Notes: generated by a model not told the origin, from the letters alone. 64,000 nucleotides of DNA from Eledone cirrhosa (GCA_964016885.1 OZ024743.1:274846001-274910000), one strand, 5' to 3'; numbered from the stretch's first letter, positions 1 through 13,777 are shown. Program-made: numbers and translations.

Positions 1-279
1 AATAATTCAGATAAATCAGAGCTATAACTATCGTTAAAATACCAACACACATAGATTATGTCTAAAATCAACCATACGACCGAAAAATTACGATCTGGAA
101 GATTCGGGTCACTCAGATAAAATATCAATAAATCAATAAATAATATGAATGTAAAAATATATATATATATATACACATATATATATACATATATATATAT
201 ACATACATATATATACATTCTTGTCAGTTTGTTGAACCCCAGGCTATCGCTACATCTGTTCCTTATTCTATATATATAT

Positions 280-657
280 GGTAAATTTCTTTAAATCGTC
301 TGGAAGCCTCGACAATGCAGATGGGTAAATCTCCGGGTAACAAGTGGGTCTACGTTGAGAAGCGTGGCGTGTATAAGACTGTAACGTGTAGAGGAATGAA
401 GGAATGAGCGTAAAGGATAAAAATAAAAATAACAACACGAGAAAGAGTTACCTTGGGAGAGATTTAATTGTCCCTATATATTTCAGATTCAGATCCATCA
501 ATTGGGTTTTTTCCGGGGGGGGGGGGTTGTCTGACGGAATGGTGCGAAACGTGTCCTCCGCTGTTCGTTGTTTTGAAGCAGTGTCGAGGCTTAAAAACGA
601 CTTAAAGAAATTTACCTTATTATTCCACAATGCTTCAAGCAAACTTCAATACTCTCA
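280..657 (+). mobile_element. Short fold-back insertion in (TA)n, probable PLE terminal-repeat remnant
   Basis: 280-318 (ggtaaatttctttaaatcgtctggaagcctcgacaatgc) is an imperfect inverted copy of 578-616. A ~40-nt extra tail follows. Degenerate ctgacgg...gaaacg at ~530-551. (TA)n on both sides. Confidence 0.45.
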
Positions 658-671
658 TATATTTATATATA

Positions 672-740
<69 letters not shown>

Positions 741-742
<2 letters not shown>

Positions 743-923
743 GTTTCTACTTTTTGGCACAAGGCCAGCAATTATCCAGTACATAACTGGTACTTTATTT
801 TATCGACCCCGTAAGGATGAAAGGCAAAGTTAACCTCGGCGGGATTTGAACTCAGAATGGCAAGGGCCGTAACTCTATGCGTCAAAGCATGGTGTCCGAC
901 CCTCTACCGATATTGCCAATCCA
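741..923 (-). mobile_element. tRNA-derived SINE with Meta-like central domain
   Basis: Minus strand reads A-box-like tggcaatatcggtag, B-box gagttcaaatcc, central ttgcctttcatccttacggggtcgataaaataaagtaccag and 3' ggccttgtgccaaaaagtagaaacaa. More than 10 copies in the window. Confidence 0.85.
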
Positions 924-959
924 GTGCACTTATATATATATATAAGTAATCGTCTAACT

Positions 960-1690
960 TTATGGGGGATATAGTATGAATGCATTGTCCGCTAATATTT
1001 TCCTATCCAGCCTTATTTAGCGGTGTGCTTCAATTGTTTTTTCTTGTAAATGCATGGTGAGCTTTCGAGGAAGAGTTGAATTTGTATGACTAATGTAACA
1101 GTTGTAGTCATGATGATTACAACTTTCATTTTTACAATCGAATTTATAAAATTACATTCGTTATTTGTAGATCATTCTCAGGTTTACATGTTTGTTATTT
1201 GTTGTTGGTAAGGAGGTCTTTTTTTTTCATTTTAGTGTTGTTTTTAGTATATTATTACTGTTACTTTACAACTTGGTATGGCGCCTTTTGTGTTATGTCA
1301 TATATTCTATGAAACTGTTCATTGTGTGTTAGTCCATCCTGTGGTTTATTTGCATTTGATCCATAAAATACACTATTTGTGTCATTTGTCTAAATTTAAT
1401 AGATACCATGTCTGAGACATTTGTTGCTTTTGTATTTATGTCTATATTTATTTGTAGCTTTGTCTACTACTCTGTTCAAATATCCATTGTTTATTACTAT
1501 TTGTTTTATTCTATGGATTTCTATATCCAATGTTTCGTTTATGGAAAATAATCTAAATGCTTTTTTAAGTAGGGATTTTACCTTTGACACTTTCTAGCTC
1601 TGTGGACATTCACTGTTTCCTTATAAATATATACATTTATTTGTGTTTTTTGGTGAATACAAACGTGATGTATCTGGATGGTAGGGCTTC
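960..1690 (-). pseudogene. Decayed Penelope-like element (RT thumb + GIY-YIG fragment)
   Basis: ORF 1396-1590 has KSLLKKAFRL...EIHRIKQIVINNGY, typical of a PLE RT thumb. Downstream minus-strand sequence translates, with frameshifts, to NVI/YKFDCKNESC...CYISHTNSTLPRKLTMH (GIY-YIG-like). Confidence 0.7.
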
Positions 1691-1861
1691 TGTGTATTCA
1701 TTTCAATGAGTATAATATGCACATACATGGTTTATATTGCATGTTTGTGTTCTGGAGTTAGTTTTCTATTGAAGCTGGTTAGAATGCAGCTAATGTGGGA
1801 AAAATAAACAAAGAAAAACAAATTAGGGGTGGCGTCACATACTATATATATATGTGTGTGA

Positions 1862-1894
<33 letters not shown>

Positions 1895-2771
1895 TGTCTG
1901 TGTGTGGTAAAAAACCGATTTTCTTTTTAAACCGGTACAGTGCAGTAGAAAAATACGAAAGGCAAATGATGACAAATGAAACAAAACAAAAACAAAGTAA
2001 TGTTTAACTCTTTTCAGATGCAAAATTGAAACAGTCCAAGACAAAACAAATGAATGGTCAGTTTTCAGAGTTTTCTTCCCTAACTGGTCTATGTGTTTGA
2101 AACATGCCCACTTCTGCATTGTTGATGAGACAATTAGGAAGTGTGCATATATCGCTGTGTGTGTATATATATATATTGGGTCGATATAATCGTCTGTCCC
2201 ATTTCCCTCAAAATTGTTAGCATTATACCTATACTAGACCCATCTGCTCATCTGACATCAATTTCTTTTTCCTATGAAAAATTGTTGCGCATCTATGTGT
2301 GTTTTTGAGTGTATGGAAGTGTGTTATGTATGTGCACGTATGTTTGTGTGTGTGCACGTGTATGTGTGTATGTATGCGTATGTATATTCATGCTACAAAT
2401 TCATATAAACGAAGGGAAAACAGTGTCTTAAATCCAAGTCAATGCTTGATATTACGATCATTCTTATTTATATGCTGCCTTATATTCGGGAAACTTGGCA
2501 TTCTAATAAAAGTCGTATCTGATTTGAAGATGGATGCATTACATAACCCGAAGCAATTATTGGTTTATTTACACATGCACACAACACTTGAGCTAAGCAG
2601 ATTTGACTGACACTATATATAGAGACAAGAGATATATGCTTTCAGCTATCTTAGGTAAGATCAAATACACATTTAATGATTTCCATAAAAGTACTCAAGG
2701 TGGGGGATAAAAGCAATTTTCGTGAAAATTTCCTTTAAAACAGAACACGGTGGAGATAGCATTACAGAGGT

Positions 2772-3580
2772 GTGTTGTTGCTGTTGTTGTTTTTGTTATT
2801 GCTGCTGTTGTTGCTGTCGTTGTTTTTGTTATTGCTGTTGTTGTTGCTGTCGTTGCTTTTGTTATTGCTGCTGTTGTTGCTGTCGTTGCTTTTGTTATTG
2901 CTGTTGTTGTTGCTGTCGTTGCTTTTGTTATTGCTGCTGTTGTTGCTGTCGTTGCTTTTGTTATTGCTGTTGTTGTTGCTGTCGTTGCTTTTGTTATTGC
3001 TGCTGTTGTTGCTGTCGTTGCTTTTGTTATTGCTGTTGTTGTTGCTGTCGTTGCTTTTGTTATTGCTGTTGTTGTTGCTGTCGTTGCTTTTGTTATTGCT
3101 GCTGTTGTTGCTGTCGTTGCTTTTGTTATTGCTGTTGTTGTTGCTGTCGTTGCTTTTGTTATTGCTGCTGTTGTTGCTGTCGTTGCTTTTGTTATTGCTG
3201 CTGTTGTTGCTGTCGTTGTTTTTGTTATTGCTGCTGTTGTTGCTGTCGTTGTTTTTGTTATTGCTGCTGTTGTTGCTGTCGTTGCTTTTGTTATTGCTGC
3301 TGTTGTTGCTGTCGTTGCTTTTGTTATTGCTGCTGTTGTTGCTGTCGTTGCTTTTGTTATTGCTGCTGTTGTTGCTGTCGTTGCTTTTGTTATTGCTGCT
3401 GTTGTTGCTGTCGTTGTTTTTGTTATTGCTGCTGTTGTTGCTGTCGTTGATTTTGTTATTGCTGTTGTTGTTGCTGTCGTTGTTTTTGTTATTGCTGCTG
3501 TTGTTGCTATCGTTGTTTTTGTTATTGCTGTTGTTGTTGCTGTCGTTGTTTTTGTTATTGTTGCTGTTGTTGCTGTTGTT
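2772..3580. repeat. 33-bp minisatellite (gttgcttttgttattgctgctgttgttgctgtc)n, ~24 copies, built from a (GTT/GCT)n microsatellite
   Basis: Direct periodicity. It explains the poly-Cys, poly-Val/Ala and poly-Leu ORFs in three frames. Confidence 0.95.
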
Positions 3581-3721
3581 TTTAATGTTGTCTTTGTTTT
3601 TGTTGTTATTATTTTTTGTCGTTGTTTTTATGATGTCTTCGTTGTTGTTGTTGTTGTTGTTGTTGATGTTGTGGTTTTTATTGCTGTCGTTGTCATGTCG
3701 CTTTTGTTGTTGTTGTTTTTG

Positions 3722-3900
3722 TTATTTATCCCCAGGTCAGTCCTGACTGAGGAGATCTATGATAAAAGATGTTCCATGCATGACCATCCTTTTTTTTTAA
3801 ATATATGTAGGACCACACACATGAAAGGCGTGGTTTGAGGAAAATTTGGCAACTATTTTTCGCCAACCCAGTGACCATATAGTGACCTCTCTCGTTGGTT
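3722..3900 (-). mobile_element. Short interspersed repeat ending in a (CAA)n-like tail; related copies at ~11325-11505 (-), ~41480-41580 (+), ~52670-52860 (+)
   Basis: Shared motifs between copies (ggtcactgg/ggtcgcttg...aaaatag...ccaaat...cctcaaa...ggatggtcat...ttgatcata...cagg). Two copies abut GTT-rich tails. Confidence 0.55.
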
Positions 3901-5292
3901 ATTAAAATATGGTGATACGATCCTGGGTGATTGGATTATGATAAAAGGTTTTCCAGCTATGACAATCCTATCTGTTTTGCCTAAGCTAGTATATCTATAT
4001 TACTGAATTATGCTTGTATTTCATAGACTGTGCGTTGTACTAAGAAGAAATGGGTTTTTGTAGGGGAAGGCGGTGGGGGGTCATTGTGTAAGACTACGAT
4101 CATTGTTGTGGCATTCGAATTTTTATTTTTATTTCATGTTAATTTCCAACATAGCCAATACGCAAATTATTATGTTCCGTTATTACTCTCATAAATCTCT
4201 GGCTTATTTCCATTTCGAAGGCTTTGTACTTTTTTTACCAGTATTTAAGGAAAGGAAGGACAATACTTACCCTAACCCTTGATCTTTTCAAGCACTCCTT
4301 GGCTGACGGGAGTGAGGGAAGAAGTTAGCTCCAAACTAGCTTGAATGCTTGTTGCAACAAAGTGAACTCATTTAAAAGTCTATAAGATGCTGATGTGAAA
4401 CTGGACAACGGATTAAGTCGTAGAACAGAAGAAATTAGAAGGTAAAGAACCGGAATAAATAACACAAGACACAATATCCAATGTTCTAATAACCCCGCCA
4501 ATCCACCACTACAACCGTTTAGTAATTTATTTTATCAATTCCCGAAAGGATGAAAAGTAAAGTTGAACGTGGTGTCATTTTGTCCTACGCTCTAACGATT
4601 CTGCAAATTCTCCGCCTTTGATAGCGTTTCGATTACATTTACAGGAGAGAAGGAGTGGAAATGGCTAAGGATAAATCAATAGTTCATACATTGTGAGATG
4701 AGAGCAGCTACAGATGTGTTTCTGGGGAGAATACTTCTTTCTATATAGCACCAATTCCCCTAACTGTCTGACATACGCCGTGAATTTTCCATCCATTAAG
4801 CGATCAATACGACTGGTTAGGATGGATCAAAATATCTGTGAAGGTGTTTATATTTATATTTCAATCTTTGATTATGATATTAGTCAGAATGAAAAGCAAA
4901 TTTGGGTAAATATAAACGTCACAACAAAATCGAAGTTAGAGATAAAATTAACAATCTGTCAGATATAATGCAATATTTATACATAGTATAGCAAAAAGTG
5001 TACAAAGAAAATCAGTTACATAAGACAAACAAATAACTGCATCTGTAGACACTGGCGTGCAATTTTGCACCATGTTAATCTCTGTATCGTCCCAATTATA
5101 GAGCACACGCGCGCGCTCTCAAAGAAATACCTATGATTCCTAGCAGACAACTGACAATGGATATTGCCCTCTTTCGCCCGTAACTTTTATTTTCATTATA
5201 CTTAAATGCAACCATACAGCTCGCCATTTTATTCATATATATATATATTGGAAAACGTGTGAAATCCTTAGTAGAGTTAGGTATATTTGAAA

Positions 5293-5394
5293 AAAGGAAA
5301 AGAATGACTTCACTTGTAGTTTTAAACAATTTGATTTAATTTTATAATATTATAAAATTAAATCAAATTGTTTAAAAGCACAGTCATTCTTTTC

Positions 5395-5398
<4 letters not shown>
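5293..5398. repeat. Palindrome with a perfect 56-bp core (5321-5376)
   Basis: tttaaacaatttgatttaattttataat|attataaaattaaatcaaattgtttaaa, with outer arms aaaggaaaagaatgact / agtcattcttttccttt. Next to (TA)n. Confidence 0.9.
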
Positions 5399-5430
<32 letters not shown>

Positions 5431-5630
5431 AGAGGCTGTGTAGTTGCTGGATAAGGTGTATTTATAAATAAGAAGAAAGCACAAACGGGAGAAAATTTTC
5501 CGTCGTTAATTGTCTGCTGGGGATCATGGATATTTCTACGCATTAAAGACAAGTTAGCTAAGCCCAGTGCGTCAATAACTAAAGGAAGTTGTTGAGGAAA
5601 ATAAGGGATATATATATATATATATATATA

Positions 5631-6139
5631 CTAGCCGAATTACCCGCGCCTTGCTGCGTTTCACATATAAGAATGTAGAATTATGTTGTCATAATTCTAA
5701 TGATGTTTTGCCATAGATAAAATGTCTAAATTAGCCAAATTTTACTATAACAGAGAGGTGCTTTACGTTTAATTAATAGAAAAAACCCGTGATAAGAGAG
5801 GTTCCAATACTCAAGTTATGGGCTTCCAAAATGTTCACTATAGAGGGTTTAACCCCACAGGATGTTTTAATATTATTGAAAATTGCTGAAATTTTGTGAA
5901 TAGGCATCATAGCTTGTCATTTGCCTAGGATTTAAATTTCATATAAATCGAAGGAAAAAAATTTCAGCGGGGTTTTGTGCCCCCGGAGAACCTTCTGATT
6001 GAAATTAAATATACTTATCGAAGTACCCTGGGCACAATGTAGTTTCAGAATATATATATATGGTTATGGAGGTCTATCTCCAAAACCATAGGAGGAGTTT
6101 GTGAACAAACAAACAGACAGTAACTACAACTTTATATAA
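5631..6139 (-). mobile_element. Non-autonomous Helitron-type element
   Basis: On the minus strand the 3' end is gaaacgcagcaaggcgcgggtaattcggCTAG, and the 5' end is tatataaag...ctgtctgtttgtttg. It shares its 3' end and internal blocks with 51119-51610. Confidence 0.7.
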
Positions 6140-6227
6140 ATGTAAAAGGTAAACAGAAATAACAACACAATCGGTACAGTATATGGAAGGAATATATTAG
6201 GTTAACGCTTGATATAGCAGGAAGAGG

Positions 6228-6263
6228 GTCTTAACGTTTCGGACACTAGTCTTTCATCAGAAG
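6228..6263 (-). ncRNA. Minimal type I hammerhead ribozyme motif
   Basis: Minus strand: tctt CTGATGA aagac tagt gtcc GAAA cgtt a aga. Palindromic stem III aacgtt; short stem I. Confidence 0.6.
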
Positions 6264-6401
6264 AAAGAATAAGAAATAAGATAGATTTAGGGGACGGGCG
6301 GGATGGAATTGGAAAAAATGTCTTTAGATAAAAATAACAGGTTCATTCATGTTGACATCTCTTGCAATATATATATATATATATATATATATGCATACAC
6401 A

Positions 6402-6442
<41 letters not shown>

Positions 6443-6742
6443 GTGTGTGTGTGTGTGTGTACTCTATAATTGGAACGATACAGAGATTAACATGGTGCCT
6501 GCACTAAAACGGTACGCAAATTCGTTAGGCGTTCTATATTTTTTTTATTTGACATTTAAATCCATTTAATGTAACAATAATAAGAAATATTCATTCGGTC
6601 GGATTAAAGAAAAAATAATCTTTAAATAAACCCGTGCTTCACACTGTATACATATATATATTAGTTTATACTTATATATGTGTGTGTGTGTGTGTGTACG
6701 CATATCCATACAAATATGTACATATGCATACACACACACTCA

Positions 6743-6820
<78 letters not shown>

Positions 6821-7418
6821 CATGTTTGTGTATAAACGAACGAAAAGAGCACTGAATACGCTGTGTAGAGTGCATATATGTAGAGAGGCAGTTAATGACT
6901 CACACGACCATTTCTCAATAGTACGTGCCTGATCGAACATATCTTATCGATTAGACGTGTAATTCTTGATTTTTTTTTTTTTAGAAATTCCCATGTTTTT
7001 TCACTGCTAAAATGAACAAAAAAAGTTCTATTAGGATTTTGTTCCGAGTCAAAAGAAGCCAATATATTTTTGGAATATCGCTGTTCGTTTGGGTGCCAGG
7101 AATAAAACGGAATTACAAACGGTTCAAACAAAAAGCTTTGCTAATGTTATGTTTGCTAATTTTAAATCTCGCCTGAGTTAACATTAAACATTTCTTTCTC
7201 CTATGAAGTCGTTAAAATCATAGTAGAGTCGATTCCATTAACTTCTGTTTCCTTCTTCTCCACAACAAAGCCAATCTGTTGCATGTGAAGTGAAACGGAA
7301 TCGTCCAGTGTTTCGCTCTATTTCACAAACCGTTCCTTTCCAGTGAACTTGACAATCAGACAACCAGCTACTATAGAAACAGGGAACTCATGTAAACTCA
7401 CCTTGATTTTAACAATGC

Positions 7419-7464
<46 letters not shown>

Positions 7465-7908
7465 ATGTACATATGGACATATGTATGTATATATGTATGT
7501 ACATATGTACATATGTATGTATATATACATATATTTATATATAGAGGGGGGGGGGGAGAGATGCTGGTATAGATATAGATGCAGGTGTATGCATATATAA
7601 ATATATATATATGTGTAGGTATATTGATAAACGTAGATATAGATATCGACATACAAGCAGGTGTATCTATATATATATGTGAATATACATATGCAGGTGT
7701 ACATATCAACATGAAATAAATAAAACATTTGCTTCGTTCCTTTGAATATTGGGTATATAGCTTCTTTGAATACACACGTGCATACAGACCCACGCATGCA
7801 TGCATAGACATAGACATGCGATTGAATGCGAGTGTTCAAACAAAAACAAAAATGTATTGAGTGAGAAACTCTTAGATGCAACAGAGCGAATCATTAACAG
7901 CAAACAAA

Positions 7909-7978
<70 letters not shown>

Positions 7979-8243
7979 CTCTACGGTTCTTATATATTTG
8001 ATATATATTTATCCATATCGAGCCCTCTTTGGATTTTAGTCTTCAAATTTATTATTATTACTATATATATATATATATATATATTTATACACACACATTT
8101 GTTTGGCGCTATATATATATATATATACATGTGTGTGTGTGTGTGCAGTTGAAGGCCGAGAGTATCGTGAGAAAGAGACAAATCTCCAGAGTAACAAGAC
8201 TTACTATTTAGCCTTAATAAAATGAATATATATATATGTGTGT

Positions 8244-9376
8244 GTGCGGACGGTAATTTTAGTCATCATTTTATTTGACTAATTTTTATTGAACTTCTAT
8301 TTCAGAAAATAACAAGGAAAATAACTATGCTTACTAATGAAATGAAAAGGCATGTTATGATTGTGGCATTTAGAAATTTCTCGTTTTCTGAAAGTTGCAA
8401 GATCTTTTGTCCACAAGATTCAGTGTGAGTTAGAGAAAGAAGATGGAAGCGTATTACCTGTATCAAAACGTAAAAACATGATTCTACAGGACACCTGAAT
8501 TTATTCAGGAAGTTAAGCAAAACATTGATGACAATCCAGAAAAATCAATGAGATCAATTGCAAAAAAAGTTTGGTGTGTCAGAAAAAAAGAATCAGAAAT
8601 GTTGTGCTTGAAGACATCAGATACAAATCTTACGTGGTGAGGAAAAGGTCAATTCATGTAAAAAAATAACAAAAGAAAACCGTTTAATCAGATCCAAAAG
8701 ACTTTTGAACAAACTTTAAAATCCATCAGAAGATGTGCAGACCCTTCTGAGGTTCCAAAAGTAATGCATACAAAATTTCTTGCAAGTGACATAGTTTTGG
8801 ATGTTGTTAGCAATAAAGGACATGTGATCCTCCTCACTTTTTTCCACAAGGCCTTAGGGTGAATGTTGCTGCATATATTGAGGTTCTGGATAATGTTGTT
8901 AAGCTTTGGATCAACAGTGTATGCAATGGAAGGCCTTATGTCTTTCAACAAGATTCTGCACCATCACACAAGGCTCAAATGACACAAGAATCGATGGCCG
9001 TAAAATTGCATGATCACATCACACCCAACATTTAGCCTCTTAATTCTCCAGATCTCAATCCACTGGAGCTATGTATGGAGCATCGTTGAGAAAAATGTCA
9101 ATGAACACCCCCATAGCACCAAAGATTCTTTGAAAGCCGCAATAGTTCGAGTCATGTCCGATATGAACAAGGACCACTTAATTCGAGCTTGTAAACGATT
9201 TCAACTACACGTAGAGATAGTTATTGATGCTTATGGTGGTTTTATTGAATCAAATTATTAAATTGATAATTTAGCTTTATGTCCATGTTATTTTCATGAA
9301 AATACAGTTTTTTTTCTGTTATTATATAAGCGTTTTTTTTTAAACCATAAATCTGTCCTCAAATACCGTCCGCACG

Positions 9377-9379
<3 letters not shown>
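8244..9379 (+). mobile_element. Decayed Tc1/mariner transposon, maT (DD37D)-like
   Basis: TIRs gtgcggacggta (8244) / taccgtccgcac (9364-9375). Broken transposase reads ...GRPYVFQQDSAPSHKA...NSPDLN...YVWSIVE...RACKRF...GGFIE. Multiple stops and frameshifts. Confidence 0.85.
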
Positions 9380-9437
<58 letters not shown>

Positions 9438-9759
9438 AGTCTGTGAACTAATCTGCGAACTATTGCGTTCCAAAATCGTTACCAAGACTATCTAACGGTT
9501 TGTCTTGTTTATTTACTTTATTTTGTTGTTTTTTTACTTTGACTACCTTTATTTCTGTATCTAGCCTTCATGATCCTGTCTCTATTTTTGTACTCCTGAA
9601 GAAGGGCTAAAGCCCGATTATCGAACTTTCTTTCCCCTTTTCCACATAAAGCGTGAAACTAATAAGACTTCTTCTACCCCCACACACATATTTGTACATG
9701 CGTATGTATGTATGTATGTATGTATGTATGTATGTATGTATGTATGTATGTATGTATGT

Positions 9760-10292
9760 GTCAGGTCGCTCTTGAGTGCTACTGGTAACATGTAACCCAG
9801 TACAACCTGTCTCATGGTCGGGTCGTTGGCGACTAAACCGGCAACACTACCAAGCTTGCTTGGTGAGGAGGGTGATATTTGGACACCCTACGGGATGAAA
9901 TACAAGACCTGGCGAAGGGCGGGGGAACTCAATAGAGTCAACGGCCATCCAAATAGTAGTTTTTTGTTGTTGTTGTTTTCCCCTGGGAGTGAAAGGGCCC
10001 CAGTTGTTGTCACAACACCTTTCTAGGAGAGGGAAACTCTGGAAAAAAATCCTGCGGTTTCGGAAGCATCCGATGATGTTGACCAGTTCTCCTTTTCGGG
10101 TAGTGTTTTCGATGCTCAGAGAGTGGGATTGGTCGAGTGCAAGGCCGTTCCCCACTTAAAACACCTTCAAAGCACAGGCATTGCTTGTTCAGGATCTGTT
10201 ATAGGTTCCTGTGGCTGGCCGTAGCCTAAAAGTGCACCAAACTCTATAATATGACCAGCGATTGCAGTACACCTAGCAGAGTTTTCAGCCAT
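9760..10292 (+). mobile_element. Interspersed repeat resembling an RTE 5'UTR; related copy at ~22545-22810
   Basis: Shared blocks ttctaggagagggaaactc / cgatgatgttga / ttttcgggt / gctcagagagtgggattgg / cacttaaaa / gcacaggc with 22617-22800. Flanked by (TATG)n. Confidence 0.55.
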
Positions 10293-10884
10293 CATTTATG
10301 TATGTATGTATGTATGTATGTATGTATGTATGTATGTATGAATGTTCGGTAAATTGTTATTGTTGATGTTGTGTCCAGCCATGCATGTTGTAGCAAATCT
10401 TTGTAAAATGAATTATGTATTTAGTCGGATATCCCTATGTATGTATGTATGTATGTATGTATGTATGTATGTATGTATGTATGTATGTATGTATGTATGT
10501 ATGTATGCATGTATGTATGTATTTTAAAAAATCGACTAATTGACAGGGAATATAATATGTGTTACCTTAACACTTCTGAGGAGGAATGGCGAAATCTATA
10601 TATACTTGAATGATTAAAACACACAAAAAAACGTTAATGGGGTTTTATTTTTTCCTTCTAAATTTTAAGGAATATCAACAATTTAATTTATGTCAATCAA
10701 TAACTGCTGAATAAATTAACACTTCCTATTAATTAAGTTTCTTTGATAATGAAGAAAGTCAATATTTTGTACGTGAGACTCATACTCGATTGAACCGATT
10801 CCACTCTATTTATGGCGTTTTATCACTTTATTCATTCAGCGTGAGGGCTGTAGATTAAAAGTAATAGCGCGCCACAGCGGACAT

Positions 10885-11028
10885 ATTGTTATTGTTGTTG
10901 CTGCTGTATTTGTAGCAGTAATGGTGGTGATAATAAAAGTAGTAGTAGTTGTTGTTGTTGTTGTTGTTGTTGTTATTGTTGTTGCTGCTGATGTTGTTAT
11001 TGTTATTGCTGTATTTGTAGCAGCAATG

Positions 11029-11098
<70 letters not shown>

Positions 11099-11111
11099 CA
11101 GAAGCAGCAGC

Positions 11112-11143
<32 letters not shown>

Positions 11144-11325
11144 CAGTAGTAGTAGTAGTAGTAGTAGTAGTGGCAGTAGTAGTTTTTGTTGTTGCTGCTG
11201 TGCTGCTGTGGTTTTTGTTGTTGTTGTTGTTACTATTATTGCTGCTCCTGTTGCTGCTGTTGTTATTGCTGTGTTGCTGTGGCTTTTGTTGCTGTGTTGC
11301 TGTGGCCTTTGTTGTTGTTGTTGTT
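10885..11325. repeat. Compound (GTT)n/(GTA)n/(GCT)n microsatellite
   Basis: Direct inspection. Confidence 0.9.
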
Positions 11326-12066
11326 TAGCTTTAAGTCCGTTCTAATCGTGCAGAAGTATGATCAAACGTTTAGCCGCCATAATAGTTCCGTCTTTTATCT
11401 TAAATCAATGCAACACTGACTACCATTATCCAGTGTAGACTTCTTTTCTGAGATTGGAGGCATATTTTACTGCTATTTCTAGCACACTGAGTGACCACTC
11501 GTAGGTTCGTAGATGGGATACTGTTAATTTGGGTTTGGGTGTTTAGTAAAATGTCAAGCTACATCACGACGGCAAATTGGCAAAATTGTTAAAATGTTGG
11601 ATAGAATTCTGTTCGATATACGTTTTTGTTCTCTGCATTCTGAGTTCAAATCCCAGCAAAGTCAAATTTGTCTTCCTTCCTATCGATATATAAAGTGCCA
11701 GTTCAATTCGGATCGATTCTTTTTCTATATTTCATTCTTACTTTCTATTTCTATAGGTCTTCTTCTGTGGAAGAAATCAGCTGTATTCACTCCTGGAGAG
11801 AGATTGGCTATACCTGACGATTTTCTCAGAAGCTAAGAGTCCCACCTCTCTCACTTGCCCTCTCCTCCCCCTCTCCCTCTACATTATTCAATGTGTACTT
11901 TTTCTTCTCAAGATATGATTTGGGGGAGAACTGGTTTCTACTTCCAGGAAGTAATATTTACCAGGCAACCAATATATAATAAATACGACTCTGGTACATG
12001 CATGGAGACATCATCAATAAATCATTTTTTTTCCCTATAAATCTACAACACAACATATGCGAATGG

Positions 12067-12187
<121 letters not shown>

Positions 12188-12339
12188 TATGTATATATAT
12201 ATATATATATATTCATATATATATAAGTTGAAAAAAAATGAAAACGAAATTTCATTTCTCACTCTTAGTATGGCACTTACTTAAATGTAAGTATGTATGT
12301 ATACGTACATACATATATGTATACAGACGTACAGTAGCA

Positions 12340-12399
<60 letters not shown>

Positions 12400-12572
12400 C
12401 ATACACATATGCATACAGGTACACATACATATATGCACGCATCAGTTTAGCCGGCGTTTATTATAACGCCGGCCGCTTTGTTCGTTTGTTTGTCAACAAA
12501 GCGAACAGCCTGAATTTATGCAATACGGTGTTAAGGCAACCACGTCACCTTTTTGTTCAACACTGACACAGG

Positions 12573-12617
12573 AACGATGTACTAGTTTCAAGCTTGTTAG
12601 CTATCATCAGCACCGTT
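12573..12617 (-). ncRNA. Type I minimal hammerhead ribozyme (array copy 1)
   Basis: Reverse complement: aacggtg CTGATGA t agct aaca agct t GAAA ctagt a catcgtt. Confidence 0.8.
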
Positions 12618-13054
12618 TACCCATCTGCCAGATAGTTGAACGTTCGAAAGTATATACTTTCCTTATGAAAATTAACGGCTGAGCAGCCTAATTTGCATAT
12701 TGAGTGAGTTAAATCGGTCAGGCATACCGAAAACGATAAGTTGAAAAAAATGAAAACGAAATTTCATTTCTCACTCTTAGTATGGCACTTACTTAAATGT
12801 AAGTATGTATGTATACGTACATACATATATGTATACAGACGTACAGTAGCATGCATATATATATATATATATATACACATACATACACATATGCATACAG
12901 GTACACATACATATATGCACGCATCAGTTTAGCCGGCGTTTATTATAACGCCGGCCGCTTTGTTCGTTTGTTTGTCAACAAAGCGAACAGCCTGAATTTA
13001 TGCCATACGGTGTTAAGGCAACCACGTCACCTTTTTGTTCAACACTGACACAGG

Positions 13055-13099
13055 AACGATGTACAGGTTTCAAGCTTGTTAGCTATCATCAGCACCGTT
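13055..13099 (-). ncRNA. Type I minimal hammerhead ribozyme (array copy 2; stem III palindrome mutated)
   Basis: As the other copies, but gaaacctgta replaces gaaactagta. Confidence 0.7.
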
Positions 13100-13220
13100 T
13101 ACCCATCTGCCAGATAGTTGAACGTTCGAAAGTATATTCTTTCCTTATGAAAATTAACGGCTGAGCAGCCTAATTTGCATATTGAGTGAGTTAAATGTGT
13201 ACCTGTATGCATATGTGTAT

Positions 13221-13261
<41 letters not shown>

Positions 13262-13495
13262 TGCTACTGTACGTCTGTATACATATATGTATGTACGTAT
13301 ACATACATACTTACATTTAAGTAAGTGCCATACTAAGAGTGAGAAATGAAATTTCGTTTTCATTTTTTTCAACTTATCGTTTTCGGTATGCCTGACCGAT
13401 TTAACTCACTCAATATGCAAATTAGGCTGCTCAGCCGTTAATTTTCATAAGGAAAGTATATACTTTCGAACGTTCAACTATCTGGCAGATGGGTA

Positions 13496-13540
13496 AACGG
13501 TGCTGATGATAGCTAACAAGCTTGAAACTAGTACATCGTT
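13496..13540 (+). ncRNA. Type I minimal hammerhead ribozyme (array copy 3)
   Basis: Stem I aacggtg/catcgtt; core CTGATGA 13503-13509; stem II agct-aaca-agct; GAAA 13524-13527; palindromic stem III actagt; predicted cleavage after UA at 13533. Confidence 0.82.
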
Positions 13541-13713
13541 CCTGTGTCAGTGTTGAACAAAAAGGTGACGTGGTTGCCTTAACACCGTATGGCATAAATT
13601 CAGGCTGTTCGCTTTGTTGACAAACAAACGAACAAAGCGGCCGGCGTTATAATAAACGCCGGCTAAACTGATGCGTGCATATATGTATGTGTACCTGTAT
13701 GCATATGTGTATG

Positions 13714-13777
<64 letters not shown>

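Noticed and set aside
2722-3838. Long poly-Cys, poly-Val/Ala and poly-Leu ORFs (metallothionein- or keratin-like appearance)
   Set aside because: All three frames are open only because a 33-bp GTT/GCT repeat lacks stops.
9596-9625. Hammerhead at ctgaagaagggctaaagcccga (and ctgatgaagg at 16897)
   Set aside because: Stem II is present at 9.6 kb, but GAAA and stem III are missing; at best decayed remnants.
13414-13421. Octamer ATGCAAAT in each array unit suggesting an snRNA-type promoter
   Set aside because: An 8-mer in AT-rich DNA with no recognisable PSE or snRNA body; its recurrence is due only to unit duplication.
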